Source of the DNA: Candidatus Oxydemutatoraceae bacterium
GTDB taxonomy: Bacteria; Pseudomonadota; Gammaproteobacteria; Poriferisulfidales; Oxydemutatoraceae
Assembly (NCBI GenBank): GCA_965218975.1
Contig: OZ244717.1
Coordinates: forward strand, 1,664,001 to 1,728,000
Length of the DNA: 64,000 nt
Direction: 5' to 3'
The first letter of the stretch is position 1; the number at the start of each line of letters is the position of its first letter. This document shows positions 62,816-64,000 of this stretch, in pieces. The notes below the pieces were generated by a model that made no database searches, had not been told where the DNA came from, and saw only the letters and a list, made by a program, of their open reading frames with translations. The translations under genes were made by a program, and so were the position numbers.

Positions 62816-63541
62816 CTAACGATTTTTTCGCATGAACGCAGTCAATGGAGTGCTTTGACGAAATGTTACCACCACACATTCATCCGATTGAAACTTTACA
62901 TGATCATTTGGCAATAAAGTCTTGATGCTATAGATCCCGCCGGGAACGGATGCAGCAACCACAAATTCATAGCGCTTGTTCCTATAGCTTTCGGCAATTT
63001 GCTCATTTTTCTTATCGGTAAACGGATTAAAAATAATTTTGCTTGCTCTTAATCGTTGTCCTTCATATAGAACATTTATTTCCTCGCTATACGCTTGGTT
63101 GATTAGGGTTTGTCGTATCAAATGGCGGAAATAATCGGGGGTCGCTGAATCGGCTTTGGCCATTTCTTCAATATCCCACTGTAAAAAAGCAGTTACAAGC
63201 GGGTTGGAGTAAGTGCTGGAGACTACCGAAGTGAATTGGTCTTCTTCGTCCGGTAAAAAACCAATTCGGACGTTTTTACTGCCGTCTTCGAGTATTTCGG
63301 TGATTTCCACTATCGCTTGGTGATTCGCTCTACGTGTTTCAGCACAATTACCCAATGTGCGATATTGCTGTAGGTTATATTCCAGCACTGTCGGTGCCGC
63401 GATATTTTGTAAATGACGCGCGGTAAGCAATAACAACTGCTCTTTACTATATCCTGCCAAGTAACCGTCGTATGTCGCACCGACGGGTAGAACAATTAGC
63501 AGCAATACCAAGACAAACAATATTGTGACGGATAATCGCAT
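62816..63541 (-). CDS. Hypothetical exported protein
   Basis: 241 aa with signal peptide and GAGAG RBS; no family recognised. Confidence 0.65.
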   Translation of the reverse strand: MRLSVTILFVLVLLLIVLPVGATYDGYLAGYSKEQLLLLTARHLQNIAAPTVLEYNLQQYRTLGNCAETRRANHQAIVEITEILEDGSKNVRIGFLPDEEDQFTSVVSSTYSNPLVTAFLQWDIEEMAKADSATPDYFRHLIRQTLINQAYSEEINVLYEGQRLRASKIIFNPFTDKKNEQIAESYRNKRYEFVVAASVPGGIYSIKTLLPNDHVKFQSDECVVVTFRQSTPLTAFMRKNR

Positions 63542-63619
63542 TAATCTCTCAGGTTTTATTTTCGGTTGTTTTTACTATAACATTTTATAGATTTTATATT
63601 GGCATCTAATATCGAGGTA

Positions 63620-64000
63620 TGCACGTGCCCGGATACATACTGGATTCTTGGGTGCCAATAAAAAGGTGACCGATATGCAATATCAGCACATCGGCCACCG
63701 CATCAAAGGTTTCTATATGAGCCTGTTTAGCCTCAAAGGTAGAGGCGCATGAGCGCTCTAAGCTTCAACAAAAATACGATGCCCTCATTTTGGGAGGGAT
63801 GTAACTCCCGAACGCATTCAAGGTCGGCCGCAGCACTTTGTACCGCTGGCGCCGACGTTATCGCCGCACTGGGCTCAGCTGTATAGGTCCATAACATTTG
63901 ACACTCCGGGTGGTGAGTCAGGAGCGATTGTATCGGGGATTGCAACCCCAGTGAATGGTGTGTACGATGCCACCCTAAATGGGATTCTTGAAGGGCTTCG
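63620..64000. mobile_element. Nested IS481-family remnants (left end on +; right ends on - at 63880 and 63961)
   Basis: MQYQHIGHRIKGFY fragment, interrupted by an end reading ...ECQMLWTYT, then TGTACGATGCCACCC running off the window. Confidence 0.75.

Overview
A 64-kb window from a gammaproteobacterium, judged from gene order and 23S/5S rRNA. The haloperoxidase, GlyGly-CTERM protease, sulfotransferase, many decayed IS elements and split rRNA operon suggest a marine, possibly host-associated organism (inference). 1-29.8 kb is core genome: corB-like, MMPL, fdhD, xseB-ispA-dxs, galU, cfa, comEA, lapB-ihfB-rpsA-cmk-aroA-tyrA-hisC-pheA-serC-gyrA, ubiG-gph-rmuC. It is interrupted by an IS1634-family element flanked by a 618-bp direct duplication and by a degenerate IS481-family element carrying five copies of a 102-bp palindromic module. 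29.9-42.4 kb is an accessory island and the best candidate for an undescribed system. It encodes a LuxR-type regulator, a vanadium haloperoxidase, an unknown lipoprotein that begins with almost the same 13-aa N-terminus as the haloperoxidase, a GlyGly-CTERM surface serine protease, and a LodA/LodB (CTQ amino-acid oxidase) pair. Both cargo blocks sit behind copies of one ~1-kb header with a conserved palindrome, suggesting a coupled H2O2-generating/halogenating module. 42.3-51 kb holds a 7-gene ExbB/MotA + twin vWA + PEGA/FGE-fold + lipoprotein cluster, probably an uncharacterised ion-driven envelope machine. Next come a Fur-box-preceded porin/FMN-binding/PepSY triad, a sulfotransferase, and a tRNA-Ile-23S-5S unit with no adjacent 16S gene. 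All assignments come from motif recognition by eye; no searches were run.
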